64,000 bases of DNA, taken from contig CM097885.1 of the NCBI GenBank assembly GCA_044892525.1, positions 28,336,001 to 28,400,000 on the forward strand. The letters are read 5' to 3'. Made by a program: the position numbers and the translations under genes. The stretch comes from Schmidtea polychroa. Its lineage: Eukaryota. Positions 9,726 to 22,940 of the stretch are shown here, piece after piece. How positions within the stretch are numbered: position 1 is the first letter of the stretch; every line of letters starts with the position of its first letter. Under the pieces are notes generated by a model. The model did not search any database, was not told the DNA's origin, and worked only from the letters and a program-made list of their open reading frames with translations.

Positions 9726-11735
9726 TAGGGTTTCTGAAACCGTTAACAAAAACGGTAAAAGGACCATTTTTGGATACCATTTTCCGCTTTTTGTCCATTA
9801 TAAAAAATTAGAAGCAAAAAAATGTAATTAGTTACATAATTTACAATTTTGAAATATAATGGAATTTGATTTTATTGATATTTTTGATAAATTTGAATCA
9901 TTCGAGTTTTCAGTTTTTCAATTTTTGGTTTTGTTCTGATCGAAAAATATTTGTGATAGATATTTATATTTAATTTATGCATAAAATACAAGATTAAGCA
10001 AGTAAGTATTTGATAATTATGTTGTTACTTTGTGTAGCATTCTTATTTAATTTATTTTTCAGACATAATTTGAGATTATACTTCAAAAATTGAAGATAAA
10101 GTTACTAAGGAAATTAGCGGTATTTGTCATCATTGTCGGAAATCAATGCTCAAAAGGATCATACACTTCTTTGAGAAACCATATGAAATCTCATGGAATT
10201 TTTGTCAAAGATGAAGATACTCAAGATATTATATATATCTTCATCAGCCAGTAAATAAGAAAATGAAAACAATGCTGAATTTTTGTTCAAAAGCAATCAT
10301 TAAATGAAATTGTGTCAGCTACTGACGGAATAACTATCCGCGCATTAACTAGAAATAATTATATAAGAAAATCTATTCAGCGAGATGTATTCAAGCTTCT
10401 TGTCAATGAAAGTGATATCATGAAGTTAATTATTGATCACTATTGCGACAAACAGGCTGAAATGACCAAAGAAATCAAGACGAAAATCGGTATAAACGTC
10501 CATGAAAGCATTGAAAAAAAACTTTTAAAACAGGCTTCGTGAGAATTTATGGATCGTGTCCTGCTGAAAGCATGGCAGATAGCGTGAAGAATCATTTAAA
10601 ATTATTTGTAAAGTATCAGATCGAGATACCGCAGCTTCAACACAAGATAGTGCAGCCGTAAATAAGAAATACATGAAAATAATGGACGTTTTTGGTCAAT
10701 TTTGTATTAATCATACAATTCATTTAGCGGTTTGTGATACATTTTATAAAAAGCGAGATAATTTAATCGACACAAGTGATCTTGATAGTCTTGATGCAAG
10801 CGAAGAGGATTCTTTTGACGAATCAAATATGGAAATACTTGACGATCAATTTGATGAGAACATTGACTTTCATGAATTGCTAAGAAAGCACGGGAATTTG
10901 TTAAATTTATCAAATTTTCAACGGTTCGTAATCATATATTTCAATTGAAAGTCAAATTACATCACGGCCATGGCATTGAACTTCATTTGGATGTTAAACA
11001 CCGGTTGGAATTCGATTCCTACAATGATTGAGGCAATTTTAAAGACGAAAATTGCATTATTTGAAACGTTCTCGGAATTGTATAACTTGGATATGATAAA
11101 TAATTTGGATTTCAATGGATTGGAAGAACACTTCTTCAGGCTATGGCTCCAATCAAACTCGCAATTAAAGTTCTTAGTAGACAGGATTCGACTTTGTTGA
11201 CAGTTGATACAGCTATATATTTACTTATAGCAAGCTCGCAGAATTGAATTCTGACATTAGCAGTGAACTATTTGCCAACTTCAAAAAGCGCATAGACTAA
11301 AGATGGAATCGTGATGTGACAAATTTGTTAAAAAGTCTTAGGGATCCTTCTAGTATTCCTTCTAAATCCATAATTGATTTTGCTGGAAATTTATCATCAC
11401 GATTATTTGGAACTAATGACGCCGATTCAACCCTAAATGATGAACCCAGTGCTCAAACTGATGCTGCAAAAGAACTTTCATTGCAAGATGAGTTCCACAT
11501 GTTGCTGAATAAAGGTGCTCCAATGACTACAATCGGATCAAGTGATAAGTTCAAGCGGCTCAAACAGGAGTTTACATTTTCGCAATGCTGGCAAGCGAAC
11601 CGATAATTTGCAAAAATTATATGATGCTCTTCTTTGTATTAAACCAACATCTACTTATATAGAACAAGTTTTCTCCGCTTGCACAAATTTAACTCAAGAT
11701 TGTCAGATAATTCGCTTAATGCTCTATTTTATCTA
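9726..11735 (+). mobile_element. Degenerate hAT (Ac-like) transposon; 5' end present, 3' end lost
   Basis: TAGGGTT terminus; fragmented ORFs with BED-like C..C..H..H, CINHTIHLAV (CxxH), GWNS (RWNS) and PTSTYIEQVFS. Confidence 0.8.
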
Positions 11736-11935
11736 TTTTATATAAACATGTTTCACAATCTATTCTGCCGGTGGATGGAATTGCATCTTATTATAATTAT
11801 TGCGATCTATTCAATATGAATTTACATGCTGAAAGGCCAATAGGTTTAGTTCTCCCCGAAAAGTGGTCATGGGAAATTACTGATGAATTTATTTACCAAT
11901 ATCAATCATTTTGTCATCATCAAAACGATTTGACA
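11735..11935 (+). pseudogene. EIF3L: Isolated fragment of eukaryotic translation initiation factor 3 subunit L
   Basis: SYYNYCDLFN...LVLPEKWSWEITDEFIYQYQSF closely matches the conserved eIF3L segment SYYNYCNLFN...LELPNQWLWDIIDEFIYQFQSF (from memory); no other exons nearby. Confidence 0.85.
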
Positions 11936-12198
11936 TTCCGACAAGATTTGAAAAATATAAAAATAATAAAAATAAAACTACTGATTGCATTAAGTTATGG
12001 AAAACTCAATAATATTAAAAATTAACCTTCACTTTTTTACCATGTCCTGATTTAGCTCTTATTCTACTATTCACGTTTCGTATTTATTCACCTTCACAAT
12101 CTTCTCACGAACTCACATTCGACAATCTTGATTTTGTACAATCTTATACGTTCCAACTCTAACATTCCAAACATTTTGTTCTAGTATGCTATTAAAAA

Positions 12199-12677
12199 GG
12201 GTTTTGGACATAAAGCCGACAGACAAAAGGCCGATGTTATCAAAACGACGAATAGACAAAAGTCCGCCATGAACAAAAGAAAAAAAAGAACATGTTTTAT
12301 TTTAATAACAAGGACCAAAAAATAGCAACGATTAAAAATGACCGGGAATAGCGTATAATTTAAGTTTTTAGATTTTTATTGTTGAAATATTTTTCCGCAT
12401 CTTTTTCTTTAAATAAATGATATTATTTTAATTATTTATTTTCCTATACCATAATATGTCTATCCATAATAAATGACGAAATCAAACATCAACTTTCATA
12501 AGTAATTCAAACTATAAACTAATTGTTCAAAGCTCATTGTTAAGTATTAGGTGACAGAGGGCAACATGGAAGAGATATAAAAATACTTTATCGGCCTTTA
12601 AGCCTGCCAGTTATTTGTCCTCGTCGGCTTTTTGTTTATTCAACCATTTGTCTATGTCGACCTTTTGTCGTAGACCC
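12199..12677. mobile_element. MULE-like MITE
   Basis: Imperfect TIRs GGGT...GACA-AAAG-CGAC with subterminal GACAAAAG repeats; 9-bp TSD TATTAAAAA/TATTAAAAC. Confidence 0.65.
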
Positions 12678-13446
12678 TATTAAAACACATAAAGTGACGT
12701 GCGTATTATGCATTTATATTTTCCATTAAATCTAGAATACCTTACGGTGGTGTGCATTGATTACGTCATCATTAGTTGCCTGAGAGATGTGTAATACACA
12801 AAAAAGAGTATTGTCAGAGTAATTAAACATAATCTACAGTTGAAAACTAATATATAATTGATACCAAACAATAATTATCACATATTTATTAAAAATAATA
12901 ATCAGAATTTTAATTTAAATCAAATTATTAGCATCTATTTCATAAAACGTGAAATTCAGCTGAATATTGGTGTAAAATATTCAGGAATAGCCAAAATTTT
13001 TTTTTCCTATTAAACAATTGGCTTTTATTATTTAATTTATTTTTATTTCAAGTGCACCCTGGGAACGTTTGCTCAATAAATGGAGTTGGTAATTGAGAAT
13101 TAATTGCAGCATATGTTTAAATCATTTTTTTCCTTTTTTAAGACTATTTTATATTTAAGATTTAAAATTATAAATTTTTTTTAAATATACTCCAATAAAA
13201 ATATTTCCATTTTTAACACAGAAAACATTTAAATAAATTTAATTACAAATAAAAAAATTTCAATCAAGATAATTCATTTTGTAATTCAAGAAATAGAAAA
13301 GGGCTATTAGAACCGTAGTGATCCGACAATTGGCAAATATCAACCAAAGCTAAAGTCATTTAATAATACCTTATGTAATTTAGTCGTGTAATATTTGAAA
13401 AATATCAAATAATATAATATTTTTAATCATTACATTAATTTAATTA

Positions 13447-14434
13447 TGTTGAGGATACCTAAATAACAATTTATAAAGAAATAAATAAAATTACCTGGGG
13501 AAGATCACCTTGACAAACGGGACGATCTGTTAGAACTCAGAAAAAAAACAGAAGTAAAAAGAAATTAAAAATGAGAAAGATAAAGGAAATAAAAGGAATC
13601 AAACAGGAAAATGAAAACCAAGGTCAGTACTAATTAATTAGTACAAAAATGAAAAGGAATTTTGAAATTGGGGAAAAAGGAAAACAACAATATCCTTATC
13701 TCGAAAGCTTGCCAGTGATAACAGAATTAATGGTAGAAGGCGGTCAAACAAAAAAGGGAAAATAACTTGACAGCTGTCAGAGATAAAAATGGGACAGTCG
13801 GGGAAAGCAGGAGAAGGAAAATGGAAAACACTTGATTATCTGGAGTGCCCCAAGAGAAGCGAACTATATAAGGGAAAACTGGTCGACATGAAATTAGAAC
13901 GAAAATTTAGAGACAAAAGTGACGCGAAATTGAAAACAATTTGGAAGACGATTTGAGAAACGATTATTGATAAAATTATTGGAGAAAATTAGACGTTGGA
14001 CGAAACGTTTTTGGACAAACGTTTGTCAAAAATAATTGTAAAGGAAATAATTGTGGAAAATAATTATTGGAGAAGAGTTGAAGAAAAGAATTAGTTGAAT
14101 AATAAAACGAAAAGAAGTTATTTGATTATTTGAATAAAGTTGTGAAGAAAGTCAAAGAAAACAACCAGCTCAAAATCTCAGTTTAGAAACCAATCAATAA
14201 TTTCTGATCTTTAAATCCGGTGTTATACGCAAGTGCTATTCCTCACTGAGTGTTGTAATAAACATTGTATAGTCACCAAGCAGAGTGTTGAATTGATTGT
14301 CAGTGTAATGAGAAAGTTTATTTGTGATTATCAATAAAGATTTCTGTTGACAAGTGTTATTTGTGGATCAGTCAAAGACACTCTTAGAGTCAGAGTAAAA
14401 CATTTAACTTTATCACCAATCCAATAACCCAACA
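13447..14434 (+). mobile_element. Solo LTR (~990 bp), same family as 43644-44529
   Basis: TGTTGAGGATACC...TAACCCAACA termini; flanks ATTA/ATTG; aligns to the reverse complement of 43644-44529. Confidence 0.8.
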
Positions 14435-14774
14435 ATTGAAATTATTAAAAAAGTAATGATTTATCATTCTATTTGTTTTTATTTTTACATCTTGTATTTA
14501 TATGTGACCAATGATCCTAGGATTTCAATGCAATTTTATATAAAATATGTTTATAAACATTCAAAAGACAAACATATTTTATAAAATATTTTCATGTTTG
14601 ATGGGTAGTTTGAAAATTTATGAATTTTTTTGCTAATTAGTATAAGAAATAATTGCAGTCAAATCAAAGTTTTAAGACAATCACAAATGAAATTAAAATA
14701 ATTTTATATTAACGAAATAAAAGAAAGTTAAATGAAAAATAAGATGAAATAGTAATATAAATACTACTACTAAT

Positions 14775-15032
14775 ATAAACAGCACAAGCTTTGTGATACC
14801 CAGTGCAAGTCCCAATAGTAGACTAGTTTCTGTGACCAAGCTAAAAAGTAAGTTATGTGATTTTCAGGTACCAGGGAAATTATGCAATAAAGTTCAATCA
14901 GCAATATTGTATACTTACCTGGCGCAAAGAGAAATCTTCGCGACTCCTGCATAGTACTGATGAGAGCCAAAAGCTTGAAATTAGTTTACTATTGGGACTT
15001 GCACTGGGTATCACTAAACTTGCACTGTTTAT
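14775..15032 (+). mobile_element. U1-headed hammerhead repeat (family A), copy 1; 5'-truncated with an inverted 3' segment at 14775-14830
   Basis: ATACTTACCTGGCG at 14911; hammerhead at 14951-14992; 14775-14830 is the reverse complement of the element's 3' end. Confidence 0.85.
14951..14992 (+). ncRNA. Minimal type I hammerhead ribozyme (three C-to-T changes versus copies 2 and 3)
   Basis: ATAGTA-CTGATGA-GAGC CAAAA GCTT-GAAA-TTAG-TT-TACTAT. Confidence 0.75.
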
Positions 15033-15086
15033 TTTAAAGTGTAATACATCCGACAAAAATTATTTACAGTTATTTTATAATATTAC

Positions 15087-15195
<109 letters not shown>

Positions 15196-16185
15196 TATGT
15201 GTGTATATCAAAATATGGATAAATATTTTTTGATCATCACAACTATTTGTTTAGAAATTCTAAACAAATTCACCGAAATATTTCAAATACCTATTTCAAT
15301 ATGTATTATAATAATGAATCACAGTAATTTCGACAAATATTAATATATAATAATGATAAATACATAAATAAATGAAAAAATACACTGTATAAAATGCAGC
15401 AAAAATCGAAATTTGAGACATTCTAAATGAAGCAGATATCAATTAGATGAAAATATTTTATCCTTTCCATTTTTTAATTAAATTTTAAACAAATTAAAAT
15501 ATTAATAAATATCTTTAGTCTTTACAGATCTAAGGGGACACAACCTCTGCATCTACAACTTTGAGTGTTGAAAGAATCTTTAGTTCTTCTAATAACTTCG
15601 GTTTTGGAGGTCTCTAACTCTTTGCTATTTTTATGTCCTTATTTTTTCTAAATTTAGTGGATAAAAGTTATGAATAATAAATCTTTGATAATTTGTAATG
15701 ATTTCCAAAACATTCCTGTGATCATAACAAATTTAGAAATCTGAGGAAATAATTTTATGAGTTTTCTAACTCGGTACTTAATTTCCGTTTTTCATTTCCT
15801 TTCATTTTATTCAACTCAAATTACAAGCAATCGGTACTAACAAAGAATTGTATTTCCATGAAAGGTTTCATTAACCGCCATATTTTCTAAGATTTTGCAG
15901 TAAATATTTGGGTACCAATTATTTTCATATTATGTAAATGTATTTGTAAAAAATATCAAAAAATATTATAATTCGAGTTTTCCGAATTCTCAATTTGATG
16001 TCTTAAACACCAAAGCGCTATTGATAGGACCTATATTGAGATTAAATTAGATCTTTAATAATAAATCAAAAAATTAACTTATAATAAATGAATTTTGGTC
16101 ATTATCAAAAGTGACATTAAATAAAACACTACAATATAGGAGGATAGAAAAATTTAACGATAGAAGAGAAAAGTAAATTCATAGA

Positions 16186-16906
16186 CACCTAATTCTGTTT
16201 TTACACGATAGATACGTTCCTAAAAAATTCGTGTAAAAAAAGATATTGGCTGAATGGAAAAATAGTAGATTGGTTCCATACCTAAAAAAGCAACAAAAAT
16301 ACAATAAAAAAACAAAAGTATAATAATAAATATAAAAAAATCCTTGTTAGAGTTCACAAAAGAATTTATTTTTCGAGCTTACACATTTTAATTTATTAAA
16401 TATATTATATAAAAAATAAATTATGATTTGGACAAAAGAAAATAATATCAGAAATTCATTAATATAAAAAAAGTTAAAATAATATAAACATAACAAATTT
16501 TTATTCATTGTCATTTTCTGACACACGTATACGTTTGCGTAAGACTGCAATATCACTGCTATCACTCGAATTATTTTGTTCATTGTCTTGGGAAATTATT
16601 TATGTATTATTATCACTAGTCTCCTGTGTTGATAATTCAGAAATATTTAGAACGAAATCAGTTATTGGTTTCGTGTTAAACCATTATAAAGTTCTCTGTA
16701 AGATATTCATATATTCATGTATGTATACATAATTTGTGAAAAATGAAAATAAAAGAAATTAATTGAACATCAAAAAAAAATTCATTGAATATTGAAAATC
16801 GTGTTAAAACAAAGCAATTCGTGTAAAAAGAGAAAAAAAAATTCTTTTTAATTCGTGTTAAATCAAATTCGTGTAAAAACAATTCCTGTAAAAACAGAAT
16901 TAGTTG
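16186..16906 (-). mobile_element. pogo/Tigger-like non-autonomous element
   Basis: TIR CA(C/A)CTAATTCTGTTTTTACA, TA at right flank, subterminal TCGTGTAAAA repeats, possible transposase tail remnant ~16500-16660. Confidence 0.7.
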
Positions 16907-17460
16907 TATACAAGTAGCGTGCACAAAACCTTCATAATAAAAAAACATACAGTTTGACAATAAATGAAACTATAATTTTAAATTTCAAAATAAAATTAAG
17001 AATATTTATGAAGACATTTCTGATACGTCCTCAAAATCAACTATTTCATACATAGTAAAACATCAAAAAATTATGTCATTTTGGTTTTAAAATTTAGTTA
17101 ATTTATAAAGTTTATTGTAGAATATCTACCGTAGACAAAAAGGAATAATTAATACTATTGAAGACGAGTGTGGTTATTACAAAGTATACCGTATTAAAAT
17201 TTCCCCTGTTCAAGACTTTATTACAACGACTTTCAAAATTTCGATATGCTGCTATATGCAAAGCAGGTAATGAAGACCTCCAGAATCTAGATAATGATAA
17301 TTTAAGAAACTATTACCATCATATCAAAAGATTTTATCCAAACTGTCTATAAAAGAAGACATTTTGCGTGAATTGTAAATATTTTAAATTAATAAATAGA
17401 TTGCTTAGCTTCCTATGCATAAATTTAGGGACGTAACTAAAAGGCATAGGAAGCATTTAA

Positions 17461-17616
17461 ATTATAGATTATCAAATATAAATTAGGGATGAAATATTTT
17501 AATAAAATCTTTATTTTGGGTTTGTTATGAGAATTGAATGAAAATAAAAAAACAATGTATATTTTTAGTAAAGTCTTTTCAAATAAAAGTCAGTATAACT
17601 ATGGTCGCTCTAGCTA
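17461..17616. repeat. ~155-bp unclassified dispersed repeat; second copy 61861-62015
   Basis: ATTATAGATTA..AAATATAAATTAGGGATGAAATATTTTAATAAAA...CTAGCTAT in both places. Confidence 0.8.
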
Positions 17617-18299
17617 TCCTCGTAGTTTGTCAGTCTTCAACAATAGTTTCTTTTTTTATATATGTAAGCATAAAGTGATGATTTCTTGGTAGCAGCATTA
17701 ATTAAATTTTTAAACAATTAAATGATAATTTAAGACTTCGCTGCATATTTATTTTAAATATTTTAAAACAAACACTTTTTTCCTTTTTAAAATTTCTTTA
17801 AAAAAATATTATTTTAATTATGTTTTAACATAACTATTATTCAATATACATCAACATACAAAAACTTAATTAAAAACATTCAACACACACGTATTTAGGG
17901 CATTCTGCACATTGATTTTGGGATTAAAAGTTCTTATCGAAAATGCTTCAAATATCACACACTCAAAGCAATAATTAAATTTTTAAAACCAGACATTTCT
18001 AATTCTCTCATACAGCCTTTTTGATTCTTAATATTTGACAATCCCTTCGGTCGACAATGTTCTTGCACTCGAGTTTAGAGATTATGGAAAGTCTCTCCAA
18101 TGTATGGAGAATTGACGGTAATAAAAATACTTGTATTAACCAAAATATCCTTTGTCTTAGGAAATAACAGCTTATTTTATGCATCACACAATTAATTACA
18201 AATAAATCTAATTAAAGTTTATTCAAAGTAAATGATAACTATCACTATAAAATATGATATCAATGACAATTTATCAAATAAAAATATATAATTTATTAA

Positions 18300-19796
18300 C
18301 CCCTTTACAATGTGTCACGAGTTAACTCGTCATAAAAAATGTTGGGCTTAACCGTTCATCACGAGTTAACTCGCCATCAGATGTAAAAGTCTTCAGTGTG
18401 CCGTGCGTCCCGAGTAAACTCGTGTAAATACGAAAATAACATAGGAAATGTATATGGCGGTTAATCCAACAACTATTTCAACAGTGAAAGATGTTTAATT
18501 GTCAAAAGGAACATGTTGGGTCTGATAAACTCACTCTGGTATTGAGCATATCGAAGCATCAGCTAAATGCCTTTGACTTGATTCCTCATATAGTAATAAC
18601 TCATGTTCGGGGAAAACGGCAAGCATAAAGTCCGATTTATAGAAATTCGTGTCCAAATTTCCATGTGTCTGTTCCAGTTTTATTGTTCAAATATATAGAA
18701 ATTCATATTTGGATAATGGATCAACTATCCACTAAAAGTCAATAATTTTTGAACCTTCAACTGATTTGAATTTATTAAACTTCATTTTATCAAGATATAA
18801 TTTCCATACGATTACATAATCACATAAATCCACACTTACAAGGAATGAGTTAATTTCGTTGATTAATTTTGTTATTGATTCTGAATGTCCATATAATATA
18901 TCACTCTGTTTGCCATCTTCTAAACTGCATACAATTATAATATCATCCATTCCAACAGTGATTGCAACTCTTGATTTAATGTACCAAACTACATTTTCCA
19001 TTTTGAAATCAGAACGCCAAACGAAATTTAAATCTTTTTATTTTCAAATTCACCGAAAAAAGTACAAAATTTAAACAACTTCTCGAAATTCCAAACTTGA
19101 CATAAAATCCAAAAATTTGAAAAACTGATAAAATCTCCAAAAATTCGATATCAACTCGACAATTGTCCACGTCTGTGCGCGCACACAAATTAATCCAATT
19201 TAAAAGCAAAAAAACGCACACGAAACTTCAACTCATAATTTACCAGGTGATAAAAGTAGGTCATCGCGTGATGCCAAAAGTGAAAGTGAAAAGTAGACAA
19301 AAACCAAAATGTACGAAAGAACAAAAAATTTTAATTATGATTTTATTATGATTATAATTTATAACATTTTTTCTTATTATAAGAGATGTAAAGTGTGTTG
19401 CAATAGACCTGGTCCCGATGGAAGAAAATTTAATAAAGAGATACGATACCACTGTCCAGAGTGTGATACAGCACTATGTGAATCTCCATGTTTTGGTGTT
19501 TATCACACCAAATATGATAACTAAAAATAATTGACATCGAATATACGTTTCAGTTTAGTTCGTTATTGAACAGTACAATTTAGTATTGAAATTTTGAAGC
19601 AATGTTAAAAAATTTAAAATATTTTACAAAAACTTACAAAAATTCAGGTTTTTCTTACTTTCCTCACAATTTCTAAAAGACAACTCATTTTCAATTAAAA
19701 AAATATTTTATTTTGCTAGGACAACAAAAAATATCAAATTATGAAAGAAAAATATACACGGTTTGCATAACAGAAACCTTTTCCACGGTAAAGGGG
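18300..19796 (+). mobile_element. Non-autonomous piggyBac carrying a WD40 gene fragment
   Basis: TTAA TSDs (18296-18299, 19797-19800), TIR CCCCTTTAC/GTAAAGGGG, subterminal CACGAGTTAACTCG repeats, C-terminal cysteine-rich domain RCKVC...CPECDTALC...CFGVYH at ~19380-19524. Confidence 0.9.
18732..19001 (-). pseudogene. WD40-repeat protein fragment (possibly AAMP-like)
   Basis: LYGHSESIT...FLVSVD...VIVWKL WD40 repeat; degenerates after ~18730. Confidence 0.6.
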
Positions 19797-20562
19797 TTAA
19801 TATAAAAAAATAATAAATAAATCTTAAAGTCATATTAAAGGTTCATAGAGGTTAATAGACAAACATGACAACGATTTAATTATAAGAATGCGCCATTCAA
19901 TAATTCATTTGACATATTTCGAAAATTTATATTTTTTGAAATTTAAAATTTATTTAATTTAATTTAATACATTTTAAACAACAACTTACATACCCACAAA
20001 TTTCAACCCAAACTAGCATTTGTAATTTGCATATTCATTTTCGGATTTAATAATTTCGGTCATAATGATTAGTGAAATTTATTAATAAAATTTTCAAATC
20101 AGACATGCATATTGACCTCATACAGGCCTTTTTCTATCTTACATAACGATTACAGGGAAACTGTGAAAATACATCATAAAACGAATGTTTGAATTGTAAT
20201 TTCTTATAGTTAATAAAATAAATGAATAAATGGTCACGTGTAATGAAAATATCAAAATAATTGTCATAAAAGTTATTTGGTAACAATAAATTAGTTGATC
20301 AGCCATAATTTCGATCAAATATTTGACGATCTTATACAAAATCTTTGTGATCCAGGTTTAGAAATATTTTAAATTTATATTTTAAATACTTCTACCTTCA
20401 TCTTTTTTTGATTTATATAAAAGTATATTAAATACTTGTATCAAATACTCATAACACAGAGGAGTATCAAATAAAGTCCGATATTAAAATAAATAAATTT
20501 TTGTTTATACATATATTATTTTGGATGGTTTTATGTTATTTATTTTCCAATGAAACGAATGA

Positions 20563-20596
<34 letters not shown>

Positions 20597-20726
20597 TAAA
20601 ATGATGATTGCTTGGTAGCAGCATTTATTATTTAAAACAATAAAATGATAATTTAAGCCTTTTGCTGCAAATAATGTATTTAATGAAAGAATTTTTGACT
20701 ATACGATAGTCCTTGTCAATCTTGTC

Positions 20727-20822
<96 letters not shown>

Positions 20823-21127
20823 TGTATTTATTACAAAGTTTGACTATGGATCAGTAAATATATTTGTTTCCGCCAATTTTGGCGTTTTTTATCGCGTTTG
20901 TGTGCGCGTTATTGTCAGACTTGAGTTAGTGTTGGTGTGCGCGTTATTGTCAGACTTGTGTTAGTGTTGGTGTGCGCACACAGACGCGAGGAATGAGTAC
21001 GTTTTGATAGTTATGAAAGATTGATTATTGTTTTGTTTGTAAATTGTAGATTTGGGGGTTTTCTAGAAGTTTTTGTTTAAAAGGGTTTCGGTTTGGAGAA
21101 GTTGAAAAATTGGAATTAGTTAAAAGG

Positions 21128-21495
21128 ATGATGGAACAAGTGACTTTGAGATTTCTTACTGACCACGATGGACCTATTATAAAGATTGCAACTAACCCAA
21201 TCTATCCAAACAGTCTTATTTCTGCATCAAGGGATAAATCTAGGATTATTTGGGATGAATTTGAAAGTGATGTTGTTATGTCAAATGATGGTCAATTTGC
21301 ATTGTCTGGATCATGGGACGGAACTTTAATGTTGTGGGATTTATCTTAAGGAAGACATTGTGAAATTGTGAAAATATGTGATATGATTAACAAACCTATC
21401 TTCTCACCAAACATATATTGGTTATGTGCTGCAACTGGATCGTCTATCCACATTTGGGATTCGGAAAATGAAGTTTCGGTTGGAGATTTAGAGTA
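21128..21495 (+). pseudogene. RACK1: RACK1 (GNB2L1) fragment, internally deleted, no introns seen
   Basis: MEQVTL..H.G....[39 protein letters not shown] and FSPN.YWLCAATG.SI.IWD are hallmark RACK1 segments, with large deletions between them. Confidence 0.9.
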
Positions 21496-21610
21496 TGAAC
21501 AATTATTCAACGATCATGTTATTGGAATACAGTATTCTGTAGATGATTTGATTGAAATTAAAGTACCAATGCATTTTCGTTCTTGTAACTCTTTTCAATA
21601 TCGAAGTTTT

Positions 21611-21851
<241 letters not shown>

Positions 21852-22529
21852 GCAGTTTTTTAATTATATAAAGATTTGTAATCACTAAAATAATTTTAAA
21901 TGGGTAATTTCAAATTAAATAAAAACGTTATTCATTTCCAAAAGTTTTTCCATTAAATAGCATGACAAATATTTTATCTAAAATTACTTTCAATGAAAAT
22001 TTGTAAGCAAATCGTAAAAATCAATAAAGGAAAAGTGAAAATTTTCCCATTATAAAGATTCTTGCCTTCATAGAAATTATTAGATAATTTTTATCAAAAA
22101 CATTTTTTGTTAATAATACATTTTATTTGAATGTTTAAATCAACGGCTAATTACGATTTGCGTCGATTTAATTTTCCGAAATTTCCAAATTGTCAGTGAG
22201 TTTATAATTTCAACTTTTATTGGATAAAATTTTCTATAGTTGCGAAAATAAACTTGATGAATTCATTTAAACAAATAAATACTGTCTAAAAATTTTAAAC
22301 TGCATGATGAAAAATGATCTCACAAATTTGAATTAATTACGTATTGTTTTATTTTCTATGCAACCACAAAAATATCACGTCTTAATTGTCTGCTTATATC
22401 AGATTCAAATTGAAAGCGGTTTTTATATGATAGTAAGATGTAAGATGACAGGAGATAAAACTATGAGCCATCATTTCAAATAACATTTAGGCTAAATCAT
22501 TAAAATATATTTAAATTATCTTAATGTTT

Positions 22530-22940
22530 TTTTAAATAAAGCTTTGGAGCTAAAGTATTTAAATATTTTGGCCGCGTTTAGAAACATTTTTTGTTTTATA
22601 TTAAAGTTTAGGTAAGATTTTTAAAATGTCTTATTAAAATATATTTCGGCGCACTTTAAAAAATATGTTTATATAAAGCTTACACGCGACCTTCTGATTA
22701 TAATGTGGGGAAAAATACTACATCATTTTAAATAAATATTTGGCATTATCCTAAAAAATATGTTTTGTTTTAATACATTTAGGTGGGATTTTCGAAATGT
22801 ATTTATATTTTTTTTCATTAACATCTTTGTTTTAATAAAATTTTAGAGGAAATTTTTAAAAAGTATTAAATTATTTGACAAATTATTATAAACATGTTTT
22901 CTTTTATTAAAGTTTAGCGGGATTTTTAAAATATGTTTTT
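22530..22940. repeat. Degenerate tandem repeat (unit motif GTTTTATTAAAGTTTAGGT.GGATTTTTAAAA)
   Basis: Motif recurs at ~22592, 22767, 22828, 22901. Confidence 0.55.

Noticed and set aside
11880..11900. Other CTGATGA matches (11880, 37371, 50929, and minus-strand ~32787, ~63990) as hammerheads
   Set aside because: No stem II/GAAA/stem I context; they lie in coding remnants.
14911..15032. Bona fide U1 snRNA gene
   Set aside because: Only the first ~14 nt match U1. There is no U1-70K loop (GATCAC) or Sm site in place, and a hammerhead follows. A TTGCACT after the ribozyme resembles the U1A loop but lacks the AUUGCAC consensus and a good stem, so it is not claimed.
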